Virus record (IMG/VR): IMGVR_UViG_3300025723_000013
DNA length: 64,000 nt
From: a virus
Lineage: Duplodnaviria; Caudoviricetes
Reading direction: 5' to 3' (one strand)
Part shown: positions 1-8,193 of the stretch, in pieces
Numbering within the stretch: position 1 is the stretch's first letter
How the letters are laid out: each line of letters opens with the position of its first letter
Made by a program: the position numbers and the translations under genes
The notes under the pieces: model-generated
Databases searched by the model: none
What the model saw: only the letters and a program-made list of their open reading frames with translations
What the model was told of the DNA's origin: nothing

Positions 1-246
1 ATGGCCGCTGGCAATCGCCAGTACAAGATGGTGATCTATGGATATGATGCCAAAACCGATACCTTGGGCTGCAATAACTGTGGCGGCCAATACATGGACG
101 CCCGACCCACAGGTCAGGTGCCGCTGAATCATGAGGGCCAACCATGCCGCCATGTGTACAAGGGCGTGCCAGGCCGTTGGCGCTGCACCACAGACTATGT
201 GTGCCAGCACTGCCATGATACCTACATGATTGATTCGGGCGATTGA
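1..246 (+). CDS. Hypothetical Cys/His-rich protein, possibly 5' truncated
   Basis: ORF with CNNC, CRH and CQHCH motifs. Confidence 0.6.
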   Translation: MAAGNRQYKMVIYGYDAKTDTLGCNNCGGQYMDARPTGQVPLNHEGQPCRHVYKGVPGRWRCTTDYVCQHCHDTYMIDSGD

Positions 247-247
247 C

Positions 248-436
248 ATGAGAGAAACCAAGGATCAGCTGCGGCAGCAGTTGGCTCAATTGCAGGAGCA
301 GAATCAAGAACTGCGGCAGCAGTTGGAGATCAAACAGCAGCAGATCGCTGAACTGCGGGAGTTTCTCAAACCGGCCAAACTCAAAGAGTTCTTTGAGGAT
401 TCTGATTATAGATACCTGTTCAAGGGCGGCATTTGA
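248..436 (+). CDS. Small coiled-coil hypothetical protein
   Basis: Q/L/E heptad pattern; ATG at 248 follows the upstream stop. Confidence 0.6.
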   Translation: MRETKDQLRQQLAQLQEQNQELRQQLEIKQQQIAELREFLKPAKLKEFFEDSDYRYLFKGGI

Positions 437-460
437 CCATGACTCAAAACCTGTTATAAT
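433..460 (+). promoter_or_regulatory. Sigma70-type early promoter
   Basis: TTGACC-16-TATAAT with TG extension; near-copy at 663-690 (GTGACA-16-TATACT). Confidence 0.7.
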
Positions 461-485
461 GCCTACTCACTGACAAGGAGCACAC

Positions 486-653
486 ATGTATAAAGTGACT
501 GTTTACAAAAAGGACCGACGTTGCAAGTCCGGATATCGAAAGGTTGCAGTGATTCCTTACCCTAACGCCTCGGGCAACTCCATGATGGACGAGTGCAAGT
601 ATCTGCGCCAAACCACTTACAAACCCGAGGACGGTTATAAAATAGACTGGTAG
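486..653 (+). CDS. 55-aa hypothetical protein (below ORF-track cutoff)
   Basis: AAGGAG RBS, MYKVTVYKKDRRCKSGYRKV...KIDW*. Confidence 0.7.
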   Translation: MYKVTVYKKDRRCKSGYRKVAVIPYPNASGNSMMDECKYLRQTTYKPEDGYKIDW

Positions 654-718
654 ATTTTGAGAGTGACATTGCCTCAAAACCTGCTATACTACACACACAC
701 TTACAGCTAGGAGCAGAA

Positions 719-1363
719 ATGTTTAACACCAAGGCAGCAGCGGATGAGTTTGTTGGCGGGTTGAGCAACACCTCCAAGATGCCGGGCAAGAGTTTTGGAC
801 TGAGTGCCACTCGCTGCCAAGTGGGTTCCAAACTGCGGTCGGTGGCTGGTAGTACCTGCCATAAATGCTATGCCATGAAAGGCGCCTACACATGGGAGAG
901 CACAGTCGGCGCACATGATCGTCGACACCTACAGCTGATGCAGGCACTGACCGATACCCTAACACGTGACTCATGGATCGCTGCCATGGTACGCTTGCTC
1001 AAGGGCGAAACATATTTTCGCTGGCACGACAGCGGCGACTTGCAGAGCGAACAGCATCTGGAAATGATCGCAGAAGTGGCACGTCAGACTCCAGAGGTCA
1101 AGCACTGGATACCCACTCGTGAATACAGTTATGTGCGTAAATTCCTTATGAAGAACAGTCGTCCTCGCAATCTTGTGATACGGCTCAGCGCACAGATGAT
1201 TGATCAACCGCCAGCCACAGGCTTTGAACACACATCAACAGTTCACAAACAGGGTCAAGCCCACGGACGTGAATGCCCATCTCGTTTCCAGAACAACGAA
1301 TGCCAAGATTGCCGAGACTGTTGGGATGATACAGTGGACAATGTCAGCTATTTCGCTCACTAA
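719..1363 (+). CDS. Phage Gp88-like (radical-SAM-related Cys-cluster) protein
   Basis: CQVGSKL...GSTCHKCYAMKG, YFRWHDSGD, C-terminal CxxxxxxxxCxxCxxCW; AGGAG RBS. Confidence 0.7.
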   Translation: MFNTKAAADEFVGGLSNTSKMPGKSFGLSATRCQVGSKLRSVAGSTCHKCYAMKGAYTWESTVGAHDRRHLQLMQALTDTLTRDSWIAAMVRLLKGETYFRWHDSGDLQSEQHLEMIAEVARQTPEVKHWIPTREYSYVRKFLMKNSRPRNLVIRLSAQMIDQPPATGFEHTSTVHKQGQAHGRECPSRFQNNECQDCRDCWDDTVDNVSYFAH

Positions 1364-1375
1364 TTGGAGGATCAC

Positions 1376-1573
1376 ATGGCCTACAAGATCTTTAAACTGC
1401 ACGGATCATATGGACCTCGCAAGGGCCTAGAAGGTCCGTTTGAATATTTCAACGGCAGGGTGCTGTACTATGATGTCAAGGAAGGCCGCTATTGGGATCC
1501 AAGGACTGATTTCTATCTGGACGATGAAGAAATTGCCAGTCTACACAACGGTCTGATCAATTTGCTCAAGTGA
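1376..1573 (+). CDS. Hypothetical protein
   Basis: GGAGG RBS; GPF.Y..GRVLYYD.KEG.YWDP.TD.Y pattern. Confidence 0.75.
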   Translation: MAYKIFKLHGSYGPRKGLEGPFEYFNGRVLYYDVKEGRYWDPRTDFYLDDEEIASLHNGLINLLK

Positions 1574-1575
1574 GA

Positions 1576-1603
1576 TTGACAATGCGTTGACATGTGCTAA
1601 AAT
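1576..1603 (+). promoter_or_regulatory. Sigma70-type early promoter
   Basis: TTGACA-16-TAAAAT with TG extension. Confidence 0.65.
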
Positions 1604-1630
1604 CGTGGCACACTGAATAGGAGCTATCGC

Positions 1631-2059
1631 ATGAAAGAAAGAATTTTTAACATGGCCTTGGAGGCACAGACAAAATCACATGGACAGGAACCGTGGAGTT
1701 TCACAGACAGTGAGCTGGTGAATTTTGCAGTGCTGGTACGGCAGGACCTGATTAAAAATCTCTTGTTGAAAACACCCGATGTCTACTCCAACAGGTATTT
1801 TGACACCATCAAAGATACGCCTGAACCCAAATCTGCGATCACACGCATAGATCAGTTGATCCAACAGGTGAGCACTGACATCAGCGGCAAATGGATCAGC
1901 CGCGATTCAGTTCGAACTCTAGCCCAGTTGATTGTTAGGGAATGTGCCAAAATTGGAGAAGATTATGGTGATGACGGACTTTCATCTGACCCTGAAGGTA
2001 ATAGATATCCCTTGAATGCGGGCATAGCAATTAGGAAACATTTAGGAGTTGAAGAATGA
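1631..2059 (+). CDS. Hypothetical protein, two-module member of the FAxLIVxEC...FGVE family
   Basis: C-terminus LAQLIVRECA...KHLGVEE; AGGAG RBS. Confidence 0.75.
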   Translation: MKERIFNMALEAQTKSHGQEPWSFTDSELVNFAVLVRQDLIKNLLLKTPDVYSNRYFDTIKDTPEPKSAITRIDQLIQQVSTDISGKWISRDSVRTLAQLIVRECAKIGEDYGDDGLSSDPEGNRYPLNAGIAIRKHLGVEE

Positions 2060-2202
2060 CAGACTATGAATTAGCAGAAACATTGAAAACTGCTGCCAAG
2101 AGTGCGAGAGATAACATTGCTCTTGAAATGCTGTTGTTGATGGCGGCAGAACGAATCGAACAGTTGAGTGTGGTGCAAACTCCGGGAAACTATAATGAAT
2201 GA
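2056..2202 (+). CDS. 48-aa hypothetical protein
   Basis: ATGA overlap with upstream stop, GGAG RBS. Confidence 0.55.
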   Translation: MTDYELAETLKTAAKSARDNIALEMLLLMAAERIEQLSVVQTPGNYNE

Positions 2203-2428
2203 TCGAATTCGTGAACTATATGTAAAATCGATGGAGTCAACTGGCGTAGAAGGTCTAGGCGGCTCTTATCAGGAATTAAACCCTGTAAAGTTCGCCCAGT
2301 TGATTGCAAAAGATTGTGCCGATATCTGCCTTGAGATGGCAGCAAAGTGTGCTGGAATTCCTGGTGATGGTGCACTAGCAAAAGATTGTGCTTATTGGAT
2401 TAAAAAAGATTTCGGAGTTGAAGAATGA
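2195..2428 (+). CDS. FGVE-family paralogue
   Basis: MNDRIRELY...KFAQLIAKDC...KDFGVEE. Confidence 0.75.
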   Translation: MNDRIRELYVKSMESTGVEGLGGSYQELNPVKFAQLIAKDCADICLEMAAKCAGIPGDGALAKDCAYWIKKDFGVEE

Positions 2429-2769
2429 GTTTAGATGTAAATTTAATGGTTACCCAACCCGTATCGGTTTATAGTGAGAATATTACGCATAACCTTGGAG
2501 CAATGGCAAGGGAAGTAAAATTGTCAAACGGCATGACATTGTATGATGTATTGTGGCGTCCCGATGAACAAGAAGGGTTGAAGTTTGCTAAAGATATTTC
2601 AGAATTGCTAGATGAGGGCTGGAATATTCTATTATCAGACCCTGAGCATTACAAAAAGTTTAAGCCAGCTGGCGGCTGGGGAAGTTATGAAGGACTCTTA
2701 TTGTTTGTATACGAGTATAGAAACGCATGTTGGGATAATCCTGATGCAGAATTGAGAGTGTCAAGATGA
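2425..2769 (+). CDS. Hypothetical phage protein
   Basis: ATGA-coupled; NITHNLG.MA, WGSYEG. Confidence 0.75.
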   Translation: MSLDVNLMVTQPVSVYSENITHNLGAMAREVKLSNGMTLYDVLWRPDEQEGLKFAKDISELLDEGWNILLSDPEHYKKFKPAGGWGSYEGLLLFVYEYRNACWDNPDAELRVSR

Positions 2770-3041
2770 ACGAACGAATTCGAGAACTTGCTGAACAAGC
2801 AGTCAAAGATGTTGATGTTGTCCACGAGGATAATCCCTTCAACGAAGAATTGGCTAAGATGTATATTCCGAATCTCTTTATTGAACGATTCGCCAAATTG
2901 ATTGTGTGGGAGTGTTTGAGTGAACTGCAAATCAGCAAGCGATGTGACCCATATACGGGTGAAATTTATATCAACGAATATAATCAAGCAATTGACGACC
3001 AAATAAAGATGTTAGCAGGACATTTTGGAGTTGAACAATGA
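2766..3041 (+). CDS. FGVE-family paralogue
   Basis: MNERIRELAEQA...FAKLIVWEC...HFGVEQ. Confidence 0.75.
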   Translation: MNERIRELAEQAVKDVDVVHEDNPFNEELAKMYIPNLFIERFAKLIVWECLSELQISKRCDPYTGEIYINEYNQAIDDQIKMLAGHFGVEQ

Positions 3042-3280
3042 ACAAATATGATTTAAATATACATCAAAACCCAGACGCTATGGCTTGGACCAAGTTTTTC
3101 AGGGAAACTCATCCATCCTGTAACATAGATGATGATGTAATGCTTGGATGGTTCGCCAATGCTATGATGGCAATGCATGATTTTTTAATCTATAAAGACG
3201 CTCCGTTAAATGGAGATCATGCAGAATTTATGTTAACTCAGGAAAATGTGCTTTCCCGCATTAAGAGGATTGAAGAATGA
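3038..3280 (+). CDS. Hypothetical protein
   Basis: ATGA-coupled ORF; WFANAMMAMHD. Confidence 0.7.
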   Translation: MNKYDLNIHQNPDAMAWTKFFRETHPSCNIDDDVMLGWFANAMMAMHDFLIYKDAPLNGDHAEFMLTQENVLSRIKRIEE

Positions 3281-3471
3281 GGTATTGGTTCTATAGAACA
3301 CTGATGCGATTAGCACATCGTTTCAATTGGCACCACATGAAACCTTGCTATCCAGATGGAGACACTATGCTTTGGTGTCATTGGTGTGGAATTAGGGTTG
3401 TAATAAAACAATCAAACAAAACTTTGGAGTTGAAGAATGATAATGCACCTTCACAATTGACGAACAAATAG
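3277..3471 (+). CDS. Hypothetical protein
   Basis: ATGA-coupled ORF; CHWCG. Confidence 0.6.
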   Translation: MRYWFYRTLMRLAHRFNWHHMKPCYPDGDTMLWCHWCGIRVVIKQSNKTLELKNDNAPSQLTNK

Positions 3472-3502
3472 CCATGTTAAAAGAGCTTTTTGGAGTTGAA
3501 AA

Positions 3503-3871
3503 ATGATTAACACCATCAAAGAACTGCTGGGCCACACCTTGATCAATGTAGAGGTAAACTCAGACGGCAACGAAATCTTGTTCACCCGCGAGGATGGAAT
3601 TCGATACCGTATGTATCACAGGCAGGACTGCTGTGAGGATGTGGCCATTGAAGATGTATGTGGTGACTGGCATGATCTCATAGGCAGCCCTTTGTTAGAA
3701 GCCGAAGAAGCCACCAGTGACGATATGCTGAACTGGTTGGAACACATCACTTGGACATTCTACAAATTCGCCACCATCAAGGGCAGTGTGACCATTCGCT
3801 GGCATGGTATCAGTAACGGTTATTACAGCCAGCGGGTGGATTTTGAGTGCTTGGACGAAGTTGAATGTTGA
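3503..3871 (+). CDS. Hypothetical phage protein
   Basis: YHRQDCCEDV.IED..GD; TWTFYK; GISNGYYS. Confidence 0.75.
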   Translation: MINTIKELLGHTLINVEVNSDGNEILFTREDGIRYRMYHRQDCCEDVAIEDVCGDWHDLIGSPLLEAEEATSDDMLNWLEHITWTFYKFATIKGSVTIRWHGISNGYYSQRVDFECLDEVEC

Positions 3872-4086
3872 ACAACATCTTAAAATGGCTTGCTACCAAG
3901 ACTCTGATCATAGGCACGTTGATCAACAGCCTGGGCTATTATCCCCTAGGACCCTTGATTCTGCTGGCCGGTGGGCTGATGTGGCTGATTGTGGCCATAC
4001 GCTGGAGAGAAGCTTCCCTCATAGTGACCAACGGCGTCATGGCTGCGATCAGCACGGCTGGACTGATCTATCACTATTATCATTGA
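3865..4086 (+). CDS. Small membrane protein
   Basis: Three hydrophobic segments. Confidence 0.7.
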   Translation: MLNNILKWLATKTLIIGTLINSLGYYPLGPLILLAGGLMWLIVAIRWREASLIVTNGVMAAISTAGLIYHYYH

Positions 4087-4110
4087 CTGCTGTGTTTGAT
4101 CTGCTATAAT
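4083..4110 (+). promoter_or_regulatory. Sigma70-type early promoter
   Basis: TTGACT-16-TATAAT with TG extension. Confidence 0.7.
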
Positions 4111-4139
4111 ACTCACATACTAGAGCGGAGACGAACACT

Positions 4140-4373
4140 ATGAATTGGAACTTGGAAGGTTTGATTGTGCGTGGTCGCTATCTTGGACAGCATCCGGTGC
4201 AGGGTCACGTGGTGTTGTCACGCACCAAGTACGGAAGTGGCATTGATCATCATGTGGTGTTGGATCATCCACTGGATCTTTTTGGCAGCTGCCGCGATCG
4301 AGTGGTGCTAGCCCATCATCACGTGGATCAGGTGTTGCAGAATCACTCCAAGGAGTGGGTACGTCATGGATAA
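4140..4373 (+). CDS. Hypothetical protein
   Basis: GGAG RBS downstream of promoter. Confidence 0.7.
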   Translation: MNWNLEGLIVRGRYLGQHPVQGHVVLSRTKYGSGIDHHVVLDHPLDLFGSCRDRVVLAHHHVDQVLQNHSKEWVRHG

Positions 4374-4569
4374 AGATCAACAAATCAAACAGCTTCGCGA
4401 ATCACAAATGGTGCTGTATCTCGAAAATGCCACACTCAAAAGCCGTTGCCACGAGATGGAAGAGCGTATCGCTCACTTGGCCCAGGCCTTGGATATTGCC
4501 ATCCAAGCACTAGAAACTGCCAAGGCCACTTTTGAACAGGCCTTGCAGGCCGCTGATCAATCTAGATAA
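4366..4569 (+). CDS. Coiled-coil hypothetical protein
   Basis: Overlaps upstream stop; AAGGAG RBS. Confidence 0.65.
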   Translation: MDKDQQIKQLRESQMVLYLENATLKSRCHEMEERIAHLAQALDIAIQALETAKATFEQALQAADQSR

Positions 4570-4667
4570 AAGCTCACTTTAAACGTTCTGGTAGCGAATC
4601 AGTCAGTTAAGCCAGCAGCCGGCTACATAACCTTATAACGGTCCTAAGGCATGTTCTTTGATGTTTG
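4570..4667. ncRNA. Candidate ncRNA/cis-element containing exact rRNA segments
   Basis: GGTAGCGAA (4590-4598), GCCAGCAGCCG (4611-4621), TATAACGGTCCTAAGG (4634-4649); stems GTAGC/GCTAC and CCTTA/TAAGG; between convergent genes. Confidence 0.5.
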
Positions 4668-5393
4668 TCAGCAGTGCCATTTTCTCAATGATTTATTGAT
4701 ACGACTGTTGGGATCATGAGCTGTCTTGGCTGATGTGCGATGTTTTTTCATGCCCTTCATGCGAGCGCAAAAACTCTTGCGTCGTTTGGAGGCCTTGCTG
4801 CCTTTCTTGAGCTTGCCGGGCTTGGTAGTGACCGCGGTCTGCAATTTGCTGCCGGGATGTTGTCTGCGGTAGCTGGCCACGCCCTTCTTGTTGAGCCCGC
4901 CGTTTTTGTTCTTGCCAGATTTCTTTTGCCATGCCGCAGCTTCATCCAGATGACTGCCTTCACGTGGGGCGAACGCAACATCTGCCACGTCTGCGATTCG
5001 TATGTGTTTCAGACCAGTGGTTCCGTGAGATCTAGCAGCCCAGTATCCTTGATTGTGCAGATGCTGCATCACATAGTAGAGAAATTTGGGATCAATTTTG
5101 TCACCGGCAGTGACCTTGACGCCCATGTATTGAGGCTGATATTGTGTGACTGGTCGGCCCACCTGTTGTTGGCTGCCTTTGCGTATGATCCAAAAGTCCG
5201 CATTGGGCATGTGCGTGGCCACCAAAGCCAAATCACGCAGGTACATGCCCGACGATTCCTTGACACTGCGATTGGGCACACAGTTATTGACTCGCACGCC
5301 GCCCTTGATCTTGGTGCCCTGTTTGTGCATGCCTGACCAGCACTTGGCATCCAATCTGGTTTTAACCTCACCCACGAATTCTTGAGCTCTCAT
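4668..5393 (-). CDS. Modular basic virion-internal-type protein
   Basis: MRAQEFVGE start; modules KCWSG...NNCVP, a central domain, and AAWQKKSGKN...RINKSLRKWHC. Confidence 0.75.
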   Translation of the reverse strand: MRAQEFVGEVKTRLDAKCWSGMHKQGTKIKGGVRVNNCVPNRSVKESSGMYLRDLALVATHMPNADFWIIRKGSQQQVGRPVTQYQPQYMGVKVTAGDKIDPKFLYYVMQHLHNQGYWAARSHGTTGLKHIRIADVADVAFAPREGSHLDEAAAWQKKSGKNKNGGLNKKGVASYRRQHPGSKLQTAVTTKPGKLKKGSKASKRRKSFCARMKGMKKHRTSAKTAHDPNSRINKSLRKWHC

Positions 5394-5587
5394 TTTTTCT
5401 TTCCTCTGCGCATGTTGATCTGCCAGCGGGCCAATTGGCCTTTACGCCCCTTGCTCTTGGCTGCCTTGGTCAATTGAGCCAGGGTGGCATGTTTGGGGAT
5501 ACCCGCACGAGCACTGTCGCCAGGACGACCCGGGCCTTTGCCATCTGCAAAGTTTTCAAACAAGGCCAACAGTTCGCGCAAAGTCAT
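5390..5587 (-). CDS. Small basic late protein
   Basis: TAAATA 5 nt upstream; MTLRELLALFENFADGKGPGRPG. Confidence 0.75.
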   Translation of the reverse strand: MTLRELLALFENFADGKGPGRPGDSARAGIPKHATLAQLTKAAKSKGRKGQLARWQINMRRGKKK

Positions 5588-5606
5588 ACTGATATTTATC
5601 ACTCTG

Positions 5607-6548
5607 TCACTGACCAAACTGAGTGGTGATCACACGACCATGCAGATCTTGTGCATGCAAGGGCAACTGTTCAATCACAAAGGTTCTCTGCAGCCATCGA
5701 TCGTTGCCATCAAAGCGTGGCTGATAGGCACTGCGTCCATGCACTGCCCGCGCATTGTCAATGATCAAGAGATCGCCTGATGTGAGATTGATTTCACTGT
5801 GACACTGAGCCACCGCACGGCCCAGTTCATGTAGGGCCTGATCAGCAGCAGGATCAGTGCCTACCATGAGATCCTCATCAAACACCATGACAGGATCATG
5901 GGGCGTGGTCAATACCGCCATGGGTGGGCCCAACTGATTGGCTCTGCCATTCAAGAAGCTTTGATCTATGGCCGTACGGAATCTGGGTTCAAACAAGATT
6001 CTCTGTGTGGCCCGGCTCAGGTGCGGCCACACCTGATTGATTGAGCACAGCGTGGTCATGGCTCGTTCATCTCCCCTCAAGCACAGCAGGGCCAGATAGG
6101 CCGGACGATAGGGATGAAAGGCCGTTTCGGTATGAAACATGAGTGGCACCAGACTGGATGTGCTGGTTTGGGCATGCTGATTGGCACGAGTTGGCACCAG
6201 ATTCTGCACCAAACGGCCGCCCAATTCAGGTTCATAGCCCACGGGTTCACCCAGCAGGCTGGCCACGGCCAACAGAGTGCGTTCGCTGATCAAATCTTTG
6301 CTAGTGGGCTCAGTGGGTGAGGAGGGAGTTCGCGGCACTGCTCCCACTGGCAAGCCTCGCATCAGCAGCGCACCACTGGGGTGGCTGTGCCTGCGAAACT
6401 GAGCCACTGCGTGAGTGATCTCAGCAGGCAGATGAGCACGCCAGTCCCGAGCCTGGGCCATGAACTGGGCGCTATCCAGTGGCTCCTGCAGGGGCAGCGG
6501 GCCTGGATCCGGTGCTGGGCACGTCAAGGTGAGGGGTGCTAGATGCAT
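5607..6548 (-). CDS. TauD/TfdA-family Fe(II)/2OG dioxygenase, clavaminate-synthase/AsnO/VioC-like
   Basis: FHTETAFHP (HxE), LLCLR, IIDNARAVHGR, DRWLQR; AAGGA RBS. Confidence 0.85.
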   Translation of the reverse strand: MHLAPLTLTCPAPDPGPLPLQEPLDSAQFMAQARDWRAHLPAEITHAVAQFRRHSHPSGALLMRGLPVGAVPRTPSSPTEPTSKDLISERTLLAVASLLGEPVGYEPELGGRLVQNLVPTRANQHAQTSTSSLVPLMFHTETAFHPYRPAYLALLCLRGDERAMTTLCSINQVWPHLSRATQRILFEPRFRTAIDQSFLNGRANQLGPPMAVLTTPHDPVMVFDEDLMVGTDPAADQALHELGRAVAQCHSEINLTSGDLLIIDNARAVHGRSAYQPRFDGNDRWLQRTFVIEQLPLHAQDLHGRVITTQFGQ

Positions 6549-6607
6549 GAGCGGGTCCTTTCATGTGTGAGATATTTATCGGCGATTAAATACACAATTG
6601 AATCAAC

Positions 6608-6838
6608 ATGCGAACCACACTGAAAATATCACGCGAGCAGTATCAAGCTCTGTTTGTAGAGCAGGGATGGGATCCCATTTGGGATTGGGGACCCTTGAGC
6701 CGAAGCCAATTTATCCTGGAATCATTGCGCCGGGAGTTTGGCATCGCGGACTACAGATACCAGTATGACCTCAGCCTGATCGAATTTGACTTTGATCATG
6801 AGCAGCAGGCCACTTGGTTTGCGCTGAAATATCTATGA
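6608..6838 (+). CDS. Hypothetical protein, paralogue of next gene
   Basis: Ends EQQATWFALKYL; TAAATA upstream. Confidence 0.7.
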   Translation: MRTTLKISREQYQALFVEQGWDPIWDWGPLSRSQFILESLRREFGIADYRYQYDLSLIEFDFDHEQQATWFALKYL

Positions 6839-7065
6839 AACGCATACGGATCACAGTGGATGAATTCAATCAGTTGGTGGCTCGATATGACCAAACAGTG
6901 GCCGCACAAGAGCCCCTGCTGCAACCCGGGCTGTACACTCGCGGCCTGCTGGGGCACTATGGCATCAAGACGTTCAAATACCTGTCAGCTCTGGGCTTGG
7001 TTCGCTTGGAATTTGTGAGCGAGCCCGCTGCCACTTGGTTTGCGCTGCGACATGTTGGCTCGTGA
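6835..7065 (+). CDS. Hypothetical protein, paralogue of previous gene
   Basis: Ends EPAATWFALRH; shared DNA GCCACTTGGTTTGCGCTG. Confidence 0.65.
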   Translation: MKRIRITVDEFNQLVARYDQTVAAQEPLLQPGLYTRGLLGHYGIKTFKYLSALGLVRLEFVSEPAATWFALRHVGS

Positions 7066-7105
7066 TCAGCACATCAAAAATCTACACACATTAAATAAGT
7101 TCACT

Positions 7106-7702
7106 ATGGATAAACACAGAATAATTCAAGAAATGCATGCTCTTCCGTCGGCCTGGACCGGACATTTGGAATTTGCTCAATGGCTGGTTGATCGTGTGCG
7201 ACCAACCACCACTGTGGATCTGGGTGTGGATTACGGGTTCAGCCTGTTTGCCTTGGCTCTTGGCGGTCAAGGCACTGTGTACGGTGTAGACAGTTTTGAG
7301 GGCGATATTCATGCTGGTTACCATCCTGATGCCTACCGTATGGTAAGCAATTTCCAACAGCGCCATGCCTTTGATCATGTGCAGTTGATACGGTCATGGT
7401 TCACACCCTTGGCCCAAAAATGGCTGCTGCCAATTGACATACTGCACATCGACGGATTGCACACCTATTCGGCCATCACCGAGGATTGGCAAAATTGGTC
7501 AAAATTCGTGCCCGCCACTGGAGTGGTGATCATGCATGATGTGATCAGTTTCCCTGCCGATGTGGGTCGTTTTTACAATGAACTGCCTTTGCCCAAGGCC
7601 TATTTTGAACACAGTGCCGGACTGGGCATCGTGACATGGAATGTGAGATTACTGGAGGACATCTTGAGAGCCTTTCCTCAGGCACGTGTGGGCCCTGTGT
7701 GA
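7106..7702 (+). CDS. Class I SAM-dependent methyltransferase (Methyltransf_24-like)
   Basis: VDLGVDYGFS, YGVDSFEGD, IDILHIDGLHTY, GVVIMHD; TAAATA upstream. Confidence 0.85.
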   Translation: MDKHRIIQEMHALPSAWTGHLEFAQWLVDRVRPTTTVDLGVDYGFSLFALALGGQGTVYGVDSFEGDIHAGYHPDAYRMVSNFQQRHAFDHVQLIRSWFTPLAQKWLLPIDILHIDGLHTYSAITEDWQNWSKFVPATGVVIMHDVISFPADVGRFYNELPLPKAYFEHSAGLGIVTWNVRLLEDILRAFPQARVGPV

Positions 7703-7737
7703 TCCCCGGCCGGTGACGCGGCCATAAATAGTCACAT

Positions 7738-8193
7738 ATGCTGCTGCGTGAATTACTGGACCGTCCTTACCCTGTTGCCTTGGATGACCCCGACGCCGCC
7801 GACGCGGCCTATCGAGCCGTTTGGATCTGGAGATTCACCACAGATCAGGGCGATCAAGGCGAAGTCACCATAACTCGCAGTTTGATGCACAGCCGGACTT
7901 CAGTGAAATACAGCATCAACGGCAGCCGGGATAGACCCAATCGAGATCAACTCCGTCCCAACAGCATGAGAATCTTCAGCTCGGTGTTGGCCGCTCTCAG
8001 ACACTACTGGAGCCTCAACCCTGCCAATCAAACCCAGACCCTGGAATTTGTGGGCAGCCACAGCGATCCCAAAAGACTGGCGTTTTATGATCGCATGGCT
8101 CAGCAGCTGGGTCGGTGGATTCCCTACAGACTGGTGAGCACACAGGATCATCCAGACGATTACAAGAAGTATGTGTTGGCCCGGATCCGTTAG
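7738..8193 (+). CDS. Late protein with MLLREL leader
   Basis: TAAATA-N7-ATG; paralogous to 20820-21233. Confidence 0.75.
   Translation: MLLRELLDRPYPVALDDPDAADAAYRAVWIWRFTTDQGDQGEVTITRSLMHSRTSVKYSINGSRDRPNRDQLRPNSMRIFSSVLAALRHYWSLNPANQTQTLEFVGSHSDPKRLAFYDRMAQQLGRWIPYRLVSTQDHPDDYKKYVLARIR

Noticed and set aside
4570-4667. Self-cleaving ribozyme (twister, pistol, HDV-like, hatchet) or true rRNA gene fragment
   Set aside because: Isolated words resemble these (CGGTCCTAAG, GCCGGCT), but I could not build the required pseudoknots. The rRNA matches are short, from two different rRNAs and out of order, so this is not an rRNA gene.
4740-5336. 198-aa plus-strand ORF
   Set aside because: Fully antisense to 4668-5393, which has a late-operon context and modular motifs.
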